The notes under the pieces were generated by a model, which had not been told where the DNA came from, ran no database searches, and saw nothing but the letters and a program-made list of their open reading frames with translations. A program made the translations under genes and the position numbers. Shown piece after piece: positions 1 to 15,981 of a stretch of 64,000 nucleotides of DNA; the stretch's first letter is position 1, and each line of letters starts with the position of its first letter. Source of the DNA: Eledone cirrhosa (taxonomy: Eukaryota); contig OZ024743.1 of assembly GCA_964016885.1 (NCBI GenBank), positions 228,160,001 through 228,224,000 of the forward strand, written 5' to 3'.

Positions 1-1691
1 CTTTCTATCTAGAGAGATTTGGACAGATCGATAATATATAGGTAAAGCTTGAAATAGCTACATTATCTTACTAGTTAGAGAGATAGTTTGGGATTGGAAA
101 TAATTCGCTTATATAAGTCGCAGGATCTATTTATTATACTAGCAGTCGTCGACATTGACCAGAGAAGGGATTTGAGGCTCGGGTAACCCTTTCGCTTCTA
201 TAATTGTAATGAAAGAAACTGCCTATTATTTTTAAATAAGTTTGAAAATTATCAAGAATTTCGAAGGCTTTAATAATATAACTAACTTTCTGTTTATTAA
301 TTTAGTGTTTGGAATATAACAAACGTTCTAGCATAAAATTACAACAGAATGTTTTTAGATAAATACAAACACTTTAAAATGAACGACTTAGTAACTTAAA
401 ACCAGAGGTATTTTCAGGCAGTTTGCTATCAAAAGTGTTTAAGGAAAAGCTAACCTATTAAGAAAATACATACAACCAGCGAGTAGCTCAATGATTTCGG
501 AAAGCCAATGTATAAAGACGAGACTAATTGCTAGGAACTCACTACGTTAAAATATCGGTTTTATTCAGGAACTAACGGATAAAACAAGATTCCTATCTCT
601 AATTTCACACACGGCGCAGGAAAGAGATGGAGATATATAAAGTCTGATTATATAGGAGGTACATGGAGAGAAAGAGATCGTGTGTGTGTATGTGCTCGTG
701 AATGCAAGCACGATATAGAGATCGTGTATGTGTGTGTTTAGATTTCACGTTAATAATACAAGCACGATCTTTGGCTATCGATTCGCGTGTTAAGTGGATG
801 TTGGTCGACAAGAAGAAGACCGAGAATTCTTTGTGACTATATAACAATACTAAGACTTCCGAATAAACTTTTCACTCCACCAACAGGAACGCATACATCT
901 CTCGGCGGACTGGAGTTTCCTGCAAATAGAATCCAACTTTTCCTCTCCGTTTCACGACGTTCCTTTTCACCAGATATCATGCAGAGTCGTGGAAATATCA
1001 AAACAAAATCTCAGTTATTTTTATCACAGATATTGAGATATTTTCATATCAGCTATTATTATTATCACGTTTAGAGTAAAAGCTTGTTGTGGTTGGCGAA
1101 AGGGAATGTTATTGATAGAGTCAGGAGTATCGTAGACTATGGACAAATAACTGGTTATCAGAGACAGGTTTGTGATCCGGTTTCTATTTCTAGTCAAAGC
1201 AAAAAGGTTTCCCTCTATTTATACTACAATTGAAAGGGGGTGGGGGTAGGTGGGGGGGAATAGAATTACAGTTCACACATATACATCTCATATTTTACTA
1301 TTTAGGTAGGGGCCTCTATATGAGCCCCATGAAAAGCAATATGAAATTAAATGTTTTACAAGTGTTCACAACGCGCCCCTGGTGCCGGAATCAAGCCCAC
1401 GAACTTGTGGTCATGAGTCCAACAATCCAACCACTGGGCTAGGCGCTAAGTTACCAGTGCGTTTGTGAAAAAGTTATGAGTGTCAAATTATATTTTATTT
1501 TCCTCATTGCAATATACCTTTACAGACGTTAGACCTCATCGTGAAAAGACACCTTTTAGTGCCAGCGAGTTTCAAGCCAAATTGCTTTCTAAGGTATTTC
1601 CAATTCACGAAAGTCAGCTTTGAAAAATACCAGTGATAATGTTGATAAAAAGGTATCAACATTGTCACTTCCCATACAGTAATGGAATAGT

Positions 1692-2272
1692 AATGGATTG
1701 GCAAAGTCGTTGGAGCGTCGGACAAACTGTTTTGCAGTATTTCTTCCGTCTTTCGAAGTAGAAATTCCGTCGAGATCAACTTCGCTTGTCACCCTTCTGA
1801 GATTGAATGAAATAAAGTACCAGTCAAGTTCTGGGTCGATTTAATCGACATTCGCTTAAAAATTGCTGGCCTTGAGCTTAAATCCGCCACTTTACCATTA
1901 TGAGAATGGTAGTGTGGCGGAATGATAAGAGCAGCAGATAAAATGCCACGTGATATTTGTTCTGAATCTTTGTGATCGGTGTTCAAATCCCCACTAAAAT
2001 TAATCTTACCTTTGATACCTCCGAAGCCGATAAAATAAAGTACCAGTTAAATACTGGATTCGATATAATAGACTTTAACCTCCTCTTTAAAATTACTGGC
2101 CTTGTGCCTAATCTAGAGACATTAATTATAACTCGAGGACCTTTCCAATCCGAGTTCAAATCCTGCCGCGGTCAACTTTGCCTTTCATCCTTAAGGGTCG
2201 ATAAAATAAAGTACCAGTAATGTACTGGGTTATTTCTGGCCTTGTGCCAAAAGTGGAAACAATTAATTATAA
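1692..2272 (+). mobile_element. Three tandem degenerate copies of tRNA-headed SINE family A
   Basis: Repeated GAGTTCAAATCC...AACTTTGCCTTTCATCCTT...GTCGATAAAATAAAGTACCAG...GGCCTTGTGCC...GAAACAATTAATTAT blocks at about 1692, 1905 and 2150. Confidence 0.7.
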
Positions 2273-2623
2273 CTCGAGGTGAGAATCTAAGCTCAACTCT
2301 GTCTTTTCGAGATAGTTTCAATCTACCACTGGAGCCATGTTTTATTTATAAAGCTAACGGTTTAAAGGGGACGAAAATCTCGTTCATAAAACCTTCATCT
2401 CCTCCAAATTCCTTTCTCTCTCTCTCAGAAACATAAATCATCATCATTATATTTCAAACAGCATCATCATATCTAGCATTTTATAAGCATGCAAACGTTT
2501 GGCTCTGTGTGTGTGTATATATATAAATACACACACACAGCCAAACATTTCAGTTGCCTCTTGTGACATGGTGTACTTATTCTATGTAATACACACATAC
2601 ACACACACACATTATGTGTGTGC

Positions 2624-2664
<41 letters not shown>

Positions 2665-3126
2665 CATACACACACACATACAAACGTACTCACAAGTTCA
2701 CATTAAAAGTTTCGTGGTTTGAAGTTTATAAACATATATATTAAAAATAGCCGGAGGTCAACTGGTAGAGGGAAAAAAGTGATAGGGGGGGGTGAAGGGC
2801 TGATAGGGGGAGGACGGAGAGAGAGATACATAGAGTCAGACTTTAAATTGAGATCGACCTAAATATATATAATAAAGAACAGCTAATTAATTACTTCATT
2901 TAACGACTAACTTCATCAAGTCATGGCTAAGTTTCGTTGGACTTAGTCATAGGAAATAATACCGAAAAAGTGGGTAACAGAGAGAGAGAGAGAGAGAGAG
3001 ATGGTAAAGGGGTAGGTAGATGGTAAATTTCGGGTTATTTTATAGTGCAGTTTCCAGACTGGGCGTTGGGTGAAATTATATACATTACATAAATAGATGT
3101 ATGTATGTATGTACGTGTGTGTATAT

Positions 3127-3160
<34 letters not shown>

Positions 3161-3697
3161 TTATGTAATATGTATATATATATATATGTAATATGTATGT
3201 ATGTGAGTATAAATGTATAGTGCATACATACATATTTACACATACAAATGTCTATCTAAATGTATGTAAATTGATAGGTATATATACGTATATACATACA
3301 TAAACACCTATATACATACAACGGTACAGGCAGTGAAAGGATCTCTTGTTTCTAATAAACAACCTTTATATACACAGAACCGCGACTATAGGAGAGAACA
3401 TGGAACCAATTTTGATGTTCTTAAAGTGTTTGTAACTCAACACGATTTTCCCCGTTACATTGCATCATACAAGAAATATTCATACACACACACACACATG
3501 CACACGCTTGCTATCATACACTGTGGTATTGTGGTATTTATATACATATGCGTTAAGTTAAACATTTTCACGGCTCCCCTCCAAAACCTACACATACACT
3601 TATACATACCAACACACTTGGTCACTCCTTCCTAAAACAATTATATCCGTACATTTATAGCCACATACATATATGCACACGTACGTATACATACTCT

Positions 3698-3728
<31 letters not shown>

Positions 3729-4043
3729 GTACACACACACACATATATATATATATGTGTATGTATGATGAAATAAACACTTGGTTTCAATAAAGAATAC
3801 CCGATACCACGATCCGGACAAAATATTTACATAGAATCACAGTAATAATAATTATCAACATAATCACACTTTGCCGGACGTTAAAATAAGCCAATGCCGG
3901 ACAATAACAAACGTACACACTCACGTACACATTATTACAGAAATAGCTAACTACATGCAGTGATGATAGAGACAGCAGAAACAATATTACAAACTAATAA
4001 TGAGGAGATGAAATGCTGTAAATAAATAAATGCTCAAACTTAC

Positions 4044-4198
4044 ATTGGGTTGGAAGCATTCCAGTAAAATGGTAAGCGGTTCCCACTATCCACCACATCA
4101 ACCATGGACATTGCTAGTGGTAACAATAAGGATATATACTGAAAAAACCAAGGCATCCTCTTGTACAGTCGAATAAATGTCCTTCCAATATCACTCAT
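4044..4198 (-). CDS. ephrin: Ephrin (Eph-receptor ligand), first coding exon: signal peptide + start of ephrin domain; remainder of gene not found in window
   Basis: Manual translation of minus strand from ATG at 4198: MSDIGRTFIRLYKRMPWFFQYISLLLPLAMSMVDVVDSGNRLPFYWNASNP-(AT)|GTAAGTTT. Hydrophobic leader followed by the ephrin N-terminal motif YWNxSNP (cf. vertebrate ephrin-A VYWNSSNPRF, ephrin-B IYWNSSNSKF). Strong donor GTAAGT at 4043-4038 in phase 2, at the position where vertebrate ephrin exon 1 ends. A/B class cannot be assigned. Confidence 0.85.
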
Positions 4199-5195
4199 TC
4201 TTACTATCACCGTTCTTCATTGAATAGCCCACAGCAAAGGAACAAATAGGAAATATATTTTATATATATATATATATATATAAAGTATTCAGTCACAAAG
4301 CTGCCCCAAACTTAGCGCTCCGGGCGAGATTTAGTGAATGACTGTATATATATATATATATGTAAAGTTGTGTGTTTGTTTAAATGTTTACTTCAGCAAA
4401 ATTTTGTCAGAAATCACTAAAATATTGCTATTGATGCTGCTATGATTAGTTGTAATGTTCTGTGTAATGTGAATGTCGGTGTGTTTGGTATTATTTCTTG
4501 CTGGTTTGGATGTTATTCTTTATTCAGCAAAACTAATTTTTTCTTCACTTTGCTTTATATTTCGATGAATTAAATAAATACAAAAACAACAGCAACACTT
4601 GCTTTCACTTCTAAGTAAATAATAATATACAGTATAAATTATATATATAATATATAGAGAGAGACAAGTTATCTAGAATTTGGTGCACGTTGTCTAGTCA
4701 TTAAACTCCCGAGTGGTGGTTTCTCTCTATCTATCTATCTATCCCTTAAAGAAACCTAGTGGTCATAATAGAAAATATGTCTCGTATGTATAAATGTGTA
4801 TGTGTGTGCGAGACACAAACTTCTAATATTATACATACATGGTATTTTCTATAAGATAGTGAAATGGAATCTATCTAGGGAAAAAGTCTTGTGGTATGTA
4901 ATGAATTAACATTACAGATAAGTATCAGTTTATATATACACTAAAAAAAAAAAAAAAATTAAATATGATGAATAAAAAAATTATTATAGCAATAAAGTTA
5001 GGTATTATTTTATATTCAACTTCCTGCCAAGTTTTGACTGCAAGTGGGTTGACGCAAAATATTTCTCAGAAGAAAAAGAATATATATAGATATATGTATA
5101 TTATAAACAGTGATAGCTTTGTTTTTGTATTAAGTTATTCAAACTGTTAAGTTGACTAAGTGTTTGTCAATTCTATGTGGGTATTGTGTGTGTGT

Positions 5196-5245
<50 letters not shown>

Positions 5246-6923
5246 ATTAATTTACAGACTTTTTACTACCTCACTGTAGAAAAAAATAATAGACAAATCG
5301 AAACTTTGTACTGTTTAGGGAAGCTTATATATAGATATATATATAATTCGATGATCAATTCGGTATAATATCCCTACTTCATCCACTAGGGTTAAGTTTT
5401 CTCTTCAATAAAAATGCTTTTTCCAAGCAGAGTCTAAGAACCTTTGCGGCGACAAGTTCTCACAAACAAACCAATGAATTTTTCTTTGCACAAATTTAGT
5501 GGATTTTGATGTTTGTTTGTTACAGTAGGTATAACATGTTTTGTCACACACTTTGCATATGTTAAATATTGTTTTTGCGTGTGTATTTGTTGGTGTTCTT
5601 TCTTTATATGTATAGTCAAATCCGCGTCGTTCTGACCCTAAATCTTGTTTGTTGTGGATAGGTTCGATTCGGTCGGGTCCCCTTTTTTTACTGTATGTGT
5701 CCGTCCGTCTCGGTTACAACTCTACAAATCGCTAGCTTTGCTTCTTATGTATGGAACACGGCTTTTGGAGAAATATATAAATATATATATAAATAAATAT
5801 AATTATATATATATATTATAATAATAATAAAAAGGATTTTTCCTCCCCCGACTCTATTCAACGTCTCGTGTAGATCTTCTCCTCTCTCGCTTCCCCAAAC
5901 AACTGACTCGCTTTCACACACGATTTACTTGGTTTCTCTTTCTCAGTCTCTCTCTCTCTAACTAACTATCTATCTATCTGTTTCTCCTCCTCTTTTACTA
6001 CTTCTTCTGCTGTTTTCCTCTTGCTCCTCCTGGTGTTGCTGCTGCTGCGCCTGGCTCCATCAAAACTACAACTATCCTCCTACTTCTACTACGTTATTAG
6101 CACCTGCTACTGCTTCTCCCCTCCAAACTATTGCTGCTACTGCTGCTGATGTTGATGCTGCTGATACTACTACTACTACTATTACTACTACTACTACTGA
6201 TATTACTACTGCTGCTGTAGTTTCTCCGTTGACGCAAAAGTTGTTCGCCACTTCGTCGTTACAGCTCGCTCCAGCATCACCACTAGCACTACAATCAACA
6301 CCACAACCACCATTACCACAGCTACCAATACCGCAAACTAGTGCCACCCATAACGCCAGCACGCAATATACACAAAAACAACGACACCACCACCACCACC
6401 AGCAACAACACTAACACCACCAATACCGCTAAGTAATTCCACCCCCAACGACATCATGCAATACATACAGAAAACGACGGCACCACCACTACCACCAGCA
6501 GCATGCAATACCAGGTAGTAGGATCGATATGTGAACTGAGTGAGAGGACCAAGGTGGTGGTGGTGGTGGTGGTAGTAGAAGCGGTGGGAGAGCGATGTAA
6601 CGGTGAATGAATGAAATGATGAGAATGAGTGTGAATGAGTGAGTGAAATACGGAGAGGAGACGTGACGTGGAAAGAGATGTTGTGGAAGGGAGGGAGCAG
6701 GATTTCGAAGGTAAGAACTAAGGTGTAGGGGTAAGAAGCGAAAGATGGAACACGGTGAAACGAGATGAAATGCAGGAAAGTCGGAGAGAGACGAAATCAG
6801 GGAAAATGAAATGACGATGTCTACCTGGAAAAGAGAGGATAGAAGACACGAAATAGAGAGAAACGATAGAAGTCAGTAAAAATGAGATTAAAAGAAGAAA
6901 GAACGAAGGTCTTTAATGAAGAA

Positions 6924-6973
<50 letters not shown>

Positions 6974-7050
6974 TTTGAGAGAGAGACATTGACAAAACTG
7001 ACAACAATCACATGACAACCGCAATACATACACATTTTCTGTCTAGCTGT

Positions 7051-7094
<44 letters not shown>

Positions 7095-8042
7095 GAGAGA
7101 CAGACAGACAGGCAGGCAGACATTCGGTTTCATTCCTTCCTCAATTCACCAACTCTAGACTTTAGTTACATAAGTATCAGCTTTCACTTGTTCATCTCCA
7201 CCCCTCACTCTATCTAATGGACAGTCCATACACACACACACACACACTCTCTTCTGGCACACACACACTCTCTTTCTGGCACACACACACTCTCTCTCTG
7301 GCACACACACACACACTTCCTCTCTCACTGTTTCTTTTATTTCACATCATCTCTCTATTCCTTTTATTTAATAAATATTTCAATTCATTTCACTTTCTTC
7401 TCGTCACTTTCCCAGTCTTTTCTTTTTCTTCGCTCCCCTATATATATATATATATATATATATTACTCACTCACTCACTCACTCACTCATTCATTCATTA
7501 ATTCGTGTCAATCATACCCCCCTCCCCCTTTTCCGTCGTCATCATCATCAGCAGCAGCAACAGCAGCAGTATCTTGCTGGGAAAATGATTTCACTGCTTC
7601 CATCGCCGATGTAGAACTAAGTTACGACTGATGGGGTTAGAACGGACACACATACACACTTGTACGTTAACACACACGGAGAGAGAGAGAGACGAAGAGA
7701 GAGATGGGGAGAGAGACAGAGAGAAAGACAGACGAAGAAAGAGAGTGAGAGAGAAAGACAGACGAAGAGAGAGAGAGAGTGACAGAGAGATGGGGAGAGA
7801 GACAGACAGAGAGAGGGAGAGAGATACAGAGACAGATAGACAGAATGAGGGGGGAGACAGATAGACAGAGTGAGGGGGGAGAGATGGGAGATAATCCTAT
7901 GAGAGGGTAGTGCAAAGGATACATCGCACCCGAGGCCCGGGAAATTCTTGAGATCTCAGAACAGGTTTGCATATATCTATTGAAGTTTAGCATTCTTAGA
8001 GCGGGGACGCGATAAATAAAACCTGATATGTGTGTGTGTGTG

Positions 8043-8343
8043 TCCCAGTTGCTTGACCAACAGCACAGATTCCTTAGTGATATTAACGTACAAGTGGTTG
8101 ACCAGTTCCCTGACACATACACCCACCCTTAACGTAACACTCAGGGAGATTCAGTGAGACAGTGTATGATAAGGCTGTCCCTTTGAATGACAGGTACAAT
8201 CAATTTTTTCCCAGCTGAGTGAACAAGGGCAACGTAACATAAAGTGTCTAGTTTCAGACGAGGACAAAACGCGCTGTCGGCAATCGAACACGCGACCTTC
8301 CAATCGTTAGCCAGATACTCTGACCACTAAGCCACGCATTTTC
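8043..8343 (-). mobile_element. SINE family B (tRNA head, MetaSINE-like core)
   Basis: Reverse strand shows GCGTGGCTTAGTGGT (A box), GTTCGATTGCC (B box), ACACTTTATGTTACGTTGCCC...CACTCAGCTG core. Similar copies at about 9817-10010, 11675-11790, 17170-17285, 32030-32330, 45745-46080, 59640-59790, 63800-63990. Confidence 0.7.
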
Positions 8344-8365
8344 ACACACACACACAGACACACAG

Positions 8366-8397
<32 letters not shown>

Positions 8398-8647
8398 ACA
8401 GACATCATTGAATAAATGAAATGCAAACACATACAGCAATGAACGAACGAGCATAAAACAACGATGTTGATGATGACAACAACAATGAAAACGAGAGCAG
8501 ACGATGACAACAACGACGATAACAAAGACCATCGATGACGGCGACGACAAGGGGTTTGATAAGAGCAATGAAGCTGACGTAGAGGAGGACGAATGTGACA
8601 ATGTTAAACGACAGTTGATGTGATGGCAGTGATGAAAATGACTTAAT

Positions 8648-8880
8648 AATGATGACGATGATGATGGTGATGGTGATGGTGATGATGACGGCAGTGATGA
8701 TGATAATGATGATGATGATGATAACACTACTCAGCGGCAGTGATGATGATGATGACGACAATGATGATGATAACGACGACGACAATGATGATGATGACAC
8801 TGATGATGATGATGATGATACTGATGATGATGATGACTGATGATGATGATACTGATGATGATGATGATGACTGATGATAA
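8648..8880 (+). repeat. (GAT/GAC)n trinucleotide microsatellite
   Basis: Directly visible GAT-rich run; source of poly-Asp/poly-Ser pseudo-ORFs. Confidence 0.9.
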
Positions 8881-9182
8881 TAACACTACTGAAGAACCTC
8901 CTTGTAAAAATAGAAACTGTCTACTTATTTTCTAATGTCTACTTAGACCAAAAATCTACAAATTACATACACCAATAAACACACACGCTTCCATACCTGT
9001 ATATATATATATAATATATACACAAAGAAAACACCGGTATGCATACATTCATACGTAGAAACATATATATATATATAAATACATATATATAACTATCTGA
9101 CACACATACATACAAACACATATACACTCATATATATATGTACACACACACATGTACACTCATAAATATATATGTACACACG

Positions 9183-9222
<40 letters not shown>

Positions 9223-9452
9223 CACTCATATATATATATATATATATGTACACACACGTACATATAATATATATATATATATATACACACATACACTCAT
9301 ATATATGTACACACACACATACATATATATCTATATATGTATATGTATACACACACACTCATATATATATATATCAATATGTATATATATCTACATACCC
9401 ATACATGCACATAACACATTCGAACCACACACATATTCATGTATATGCACGC

Positions 9453-9533
<81 letters not shown>

Positions 9534-10388
9534 GAAACATATACACACATGTGTGAGGCTGACTGAAAGTATTGTTTTGTTTTTTTTTCTTCATTTTTGA
9601 TTAATGTAAATAATTTACAAGAAAATTGCTATTACCTTCACCCTTAATCTATCTTACATCATCTGATTCGGGGGTTCAAGCCTCTGTCGCGCCCTCTACG
9701 ACTAGCTTTAGATTACAGGTGTGGTAGCATTTAAGACAAGACAGACAGACAGACACACAAAAACACACATACGTTGCCGGGTGTCTGTTTGTATATATTT
9801 CTATTTATTCAAGAAGGTGCATAGTTCAGTGGTAAGAGTGTTAAGTTCACGATCGTACACGCGTGAGTTCGAATAACGGCGGCAGCGTGAGTCCTTGTAG
9901 TAGACATTTTATTTCGTATGCTCTAGTCCATTGAATTACTGCAAATAAGTTGTAGTTGTAATTTAAAGAGTCGTTTCATACAATGTGTGATGTTTAATCT
10001 CCCTGAGAAATGCGTATGTATGTGTGCATGTATGTATATGCGCATATATCTATATATATCTATGCATACATATATATATATGCATAATCATATATTCATA
10101 TTATATATATATATGTGCATATATCTATCTATCTCTCTCTCTCTCAATATATATATATATGCATATATATCTATCTCTATATATATATATATGCATATAT
10201 CTATATATATATATATGCATATATATCTATCTATATATATATATATGCATATATCTATATATATATATGCATATATCTATATATATATATGCATATATCT
10301 ATATATATATATGCATATATCTATATATATATATGCATATATCTATATATATATATATATGCATATATATCTCTCTCTATATATATAT

Positions 10389-10469
10389 AACGAATGAAAT
10401 GTGGTAAGGAAACAGGTGGACCATAACGCCCCAAAGTACTCAAAACTTAGGGTAGTAGAGTGGGTAATA
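10389..10469 (-). mobile_element. Short TA-embedded insertion, same family as 28269-28349 (putative Penelope-like element tail)
   Basis: About 73/81 identity by eye to 28269-28349; both start at the same base after a (TA)n tract; contains AAGTACTC. Strand inferred from the related elements. Confidence 0.55.
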
Positions 10470-10831
10470 TATCTATATATGCATATATCCATATCTATAT
10501 ATATATATGCATATATATCTATATATATATACATATAGATATATGCATATATATCTATATATATATACATATAGATATATGCATATATATCTATATATAC
10601 ATATAGATATAAGCATATATCTATATATATATATATATATGCATATATCTATATATATATATATATATATGCATATATCTATATATATATGTAGATATAT
10701 GCATATATCTATATCTATATATATATATATATAAATATATATGCATATATGTATATATATATATATATATGCATATATCTATATATCTATATATGCATAT
10801 ATCTATATATATATATATATGCATATATCTC

Positions 10832-10881
<50 letters not shown>

Positions 10882-11099
10882 TATATCTATATATCTATAT
10901 ATTAGCGTACTTCTGTGCGCTTATGTTAGTTGATATATTAAATTATCTATCTATATATCTCTATATATATATATAAATATATATATTTATATATATATAT
11001 ATATATGTTGTTTCCTTGAGCAAGACACTTTATTTCACATTGCTCCAGTTTACTCAGCTGTAGAAATGAGATGATAGGGACTGGGGTCAATATCATTCC

Positions 11100-11270
11100 A
11101 CTGCAAAGTGGTCGTGGAGGTGTCACGGCAAAAAAACACCCAGCACTCACTGTAAATGAGGTTGGTGTTAGGAAGGGCATCCAGCTGTAGAAATCAAGCC
11201 AGAATCAGTTCCCGTCCCACCCTTGCAAGCAGGGAAAAGTGGACGTAAAATGATGATGATGATGATGATA
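11100..11270 (+). mobile_element. SINE family C 3' part with (GAT)n tail
   Basis: GGTTGGTGTTAGGAAGGGCATCCAGCTGTAGAAA...GGACGTAAAATGATGATGATG; related pieces at 38420-38795, 40608-40645, 40935-41090, 42848-42900. Confidence 0.65.
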
Positions 11271-11386
11271 TATATATAAATACATATATTTATATATATA
11301 TATATATATAAATATATATATTTATATATATATATATATATAAATATATATATTTATATATATATATATATATAAATATATATATT

Positions 11387-11495
<109 letters not shown>

Positions 11496-11545
11496 TTAAC
11501 CATATATTTATATATATATATATAAATATATAAATATATGGTTAA

Positions 11546-11608
<63 letters not shown>

Positions 11609-12359
11609 TATATATGCATATACATATCTATGCATATATATATATATATATATATATATACGCATATATACACAATCGTAAGGTTGTGAGTTCGATTCCT
11701 GGACCAGGCGATGCGTTATGTCCTTGAGCAAGACACTTTATTTCACGTTGCTCCTTCTACCTGGAGTTGCGACCGATAGATAGTATTAGCAATTGGAAAG
11801 ACCAACGGAAACATTGTTCCCTCGGTCCGATTTGACGAAAGTCGATCGTTCCTTTTATATATACACATATATGCATATACGCATATAAATATATACATAT
11901 ATATGCATATATATATATGCATATACGCATTAACATATATACATATATATGCATATACATATACGCATATACACATATGTATATATATATATATATGCAT
12001 ATACGCTTATATATATATATACATATGCATATACGCTTATATATATATATACATACATATATATATATATATATATATGCATATACGCTTATATATATAT
12101 ATACATATATATACATATACATATATATGCATATATATGCATATATATATGCATATATATATACGCATATACATATACGTATATACATATACACATATAT
12201 GGATATACATATATATATATATATGCATATACGCATATATATATATATATGCATATACATATATATATATATGCATATACATATATACATATATGCATAT
12301 ATATATATATACATATATTTATATATGCATATACGTGTATATATATATATGCATATATG

Positions 12360-12392
<33 letters not shown>

Positions 12393-12401
12393 GCATATAT
12401 G

Positions 12402-12445
<44 letters not shown>

Positions 12446-12625
12446 TTATATGTATATAATATATATATATATATACATTTAGGTTTGTTGGTTCACCACT
12501 GAATAGAACTGGTCATTCCGTATGGTCAACCTCGATGTAATATTAGGGAGAGCACTCGACGTAATGCAACTGATTCGTTTGTGTTGTTGGTGGTACATAT
12601 ATATATATATATACAAATATATATA

Positions 12626-12689
<64 letters not shown>

Positions 12690-13481
12690 AGTGTGTGTGT
12701 GTATCCGTATATATGTATATGCATATGTATATATGTATATATGCATATATATATGCATATACATATATACATATATGTATATGCATATATAGATGCATAT
12801 ACATATATATGCATGCATGTATATATATATATATATATACATATACATATGCATATACATATGTATATGCATATATACATATGCATATACATATGTATAT
12901 ATAAATGTATGTATATATGTATATGCATATGTATAGGAATATATATGCATATATACACATATATGCATACATACATATATACATGCATATATACATATAT
13001 ATATATATGTATGTATATGCATTTATGAATATATACACACATGTATATATATACACACACATATATATGAATATACATATACATATGCTTTTACATACAT
13101 ACATATATATATATATGCATATATATATATATATATGCATATGCATATATATAAGTAAATATATATGTATGTATATATATATTTATATATGCATATATAT
13201 ATGCATGTATATATATTTGTATGTATGTATATGCATGTATATATATATATATGCGTATATATATATATGTTTACGCACATATTTATAAATACCCCCTCCT
13301 CTCTCTCTCTATATATATATCCGTCTATGCACAAACACACATACACACACATATATATATATATATACATACACACATACATATATATATCTATATCCAT
13401 ACATACATACGCATCCATACAAACACTCACACATACACTATATATATATATATATATACACACCAATATATACATACATAC

Positions 13482-14445
<964 letters not shown>

Positions 14446-14899
14446 CTTATTCCTGCAAGAAATCCCGGATAAACCGCTAAACGCAGATATGCCTCCGTCA
14501 AAACTTCATCAGGTGCTGCTATTGTGTTAGACATAGCCTGGGCCAACACTGGCCAAAAGTTTCAAATGTATGTGCGTGCGCGCGTGCGTGCGTGCGTGCG
14601 TGCGTGTGTGCGTGCGTGTGCGTGTGCGTGTGTGTGTGTGTGTAAAACGTAAACGTTGCCAACAATGCAAATAACGCAAAACAATGAAGAAATATGTTAG
14701 TTTAACGCTCGATGTACTAAGTGTCTTCACGTTTTGGACATTAGTCTGTATGTGTGTATGTATTCATATATACATTCATAAACATATATATATATATATA
14801 TATTATACACTATTCCGGAGTCATCAAACCAACCTGCGTACATCGTCGAGTGCTCCAATCTGCATACTAGGGTGTCGGTAAACAACCAACATATACTCA

Positions 14900-14930
<31 letters not shown>

Positions 14931-15033
14931 CAGTAAACGAAACGAGCTGTATGGTTACTATAAACAAAGTTTAAGATGGTAATATGGACGAAACAAGAGA
15001 AGAAATCCTTCATCAGCTGTAAACCGCAGAACG

Positions 15034-15070
<37 letters not shown>

Positions 15071-15625
15071 TTGTATATATCCAGTATGTGGTTGTCGGCT
15101 AAGAGAAAAGAATGCTCAATACCGAAGTACTATTTGAATATTCATTTTATGAAGACTCACTATTTAGCGTTAATAAAATGAATATATGTGTGTGTTTGTG
15201 TGTGTGTGTATATATATATGTGTATGTGTGTGTATATGTGTGTGTGTGTGAGTGAAGCCCTTACGGGGTACTTACCCGACTTATTCAATTTATACTGATA
15301 GTTTCCAAGCGATTACCCTAAAAAGTCAAATGATAACCCCCCCCCCTCAATCATACACATAGATGCTTATTTGCGTGCGTGTGTGTTATATGTCTTGTCA
15401 GATGCTGTGACACCGGGTGGGCCAGCAGTACCGTTGGCAGGGATCGAAACTGTCCAAGTCCACCTCAACGGACGATGACCCTGGAGTTCTATGTCCTTCG
15501 TTTGTATTTTTATTTTTTTTAAATAATTTTTTACGGTTTCCCCTTAAAAATTTGCTTTTCGTTCGTTGTCTTGTCCTCTCTTTGTTATTTTTATATATAT
15601 ACATATATATATATATATACATACT

Positions 15626-15724
15626 CAGGGTGTCCCCCAAAAATATATACACATTTCTACACCATTCTAATAGATATTGCCTGTACAGGTAATCAATGTG
15701 TGCATATATTTTTGGGCATACCTT
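15626..15724. mobile_element. Tc1/mariner-type MITE (degenerate)
   Basis: Left end CAGGGTGTCCCCCAAAAATATATACACATT; degenerate inverted right end AATGTGTGCATATATTTTTGGGCATACCTT; TA-rich flanks. Confidence 0.65.
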
Positions 15725-15904
15725 ATATATATATATATATATATATGAAACTAGAGAAATTAATTGTTTCTACTTTTGGCACAAGGCCAGCAATTATCTC
15801 AGTGTATTACTGGTACTTTATTTTATCGACCCCGTAAGGATGAAAGGCAACGTTAACCTCGAGAGAAATTAATGTGAGCATATATATATATATATATATA
15901 TATA

Positions 15905-15981
15905 CAGGGTGTCCCCCAAAATGTATACACACTTCAACAATATTCTAATTATAGTGTATATACATTTTTTGGGACACCCTG
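15905..15981. mobile_element. Tc1/mariner-type MITE, 77 bp
   Basis: TIRs CAGGGTGTCCC(CC)AAAATGTATACAC / GTGTATATACATTTTTTGGGACACCCTG, preceded by TA. Confidence 0.8.

Noticed and set aside
1-60. Ephrin exon 2 (minus-strand ICP motif)
   Set aside because: LSICPNLSR is followed by a stop and lacks other ephrin residues and a splice acceptor; chance match.
4283-4345. TA-flanked insert with weak inverted ends (CAGTCAC / GTGAATGACTG)
   Set aside because: Inverted match too short and gapped to call a MITE.
6072-6414. Ala/Val-rich and Gln/His-rich ORFs
   Set aside because: Built from CTG/CTA/CAC trinucleotide tracts; more likely leader or promoter low-complexity DNA.
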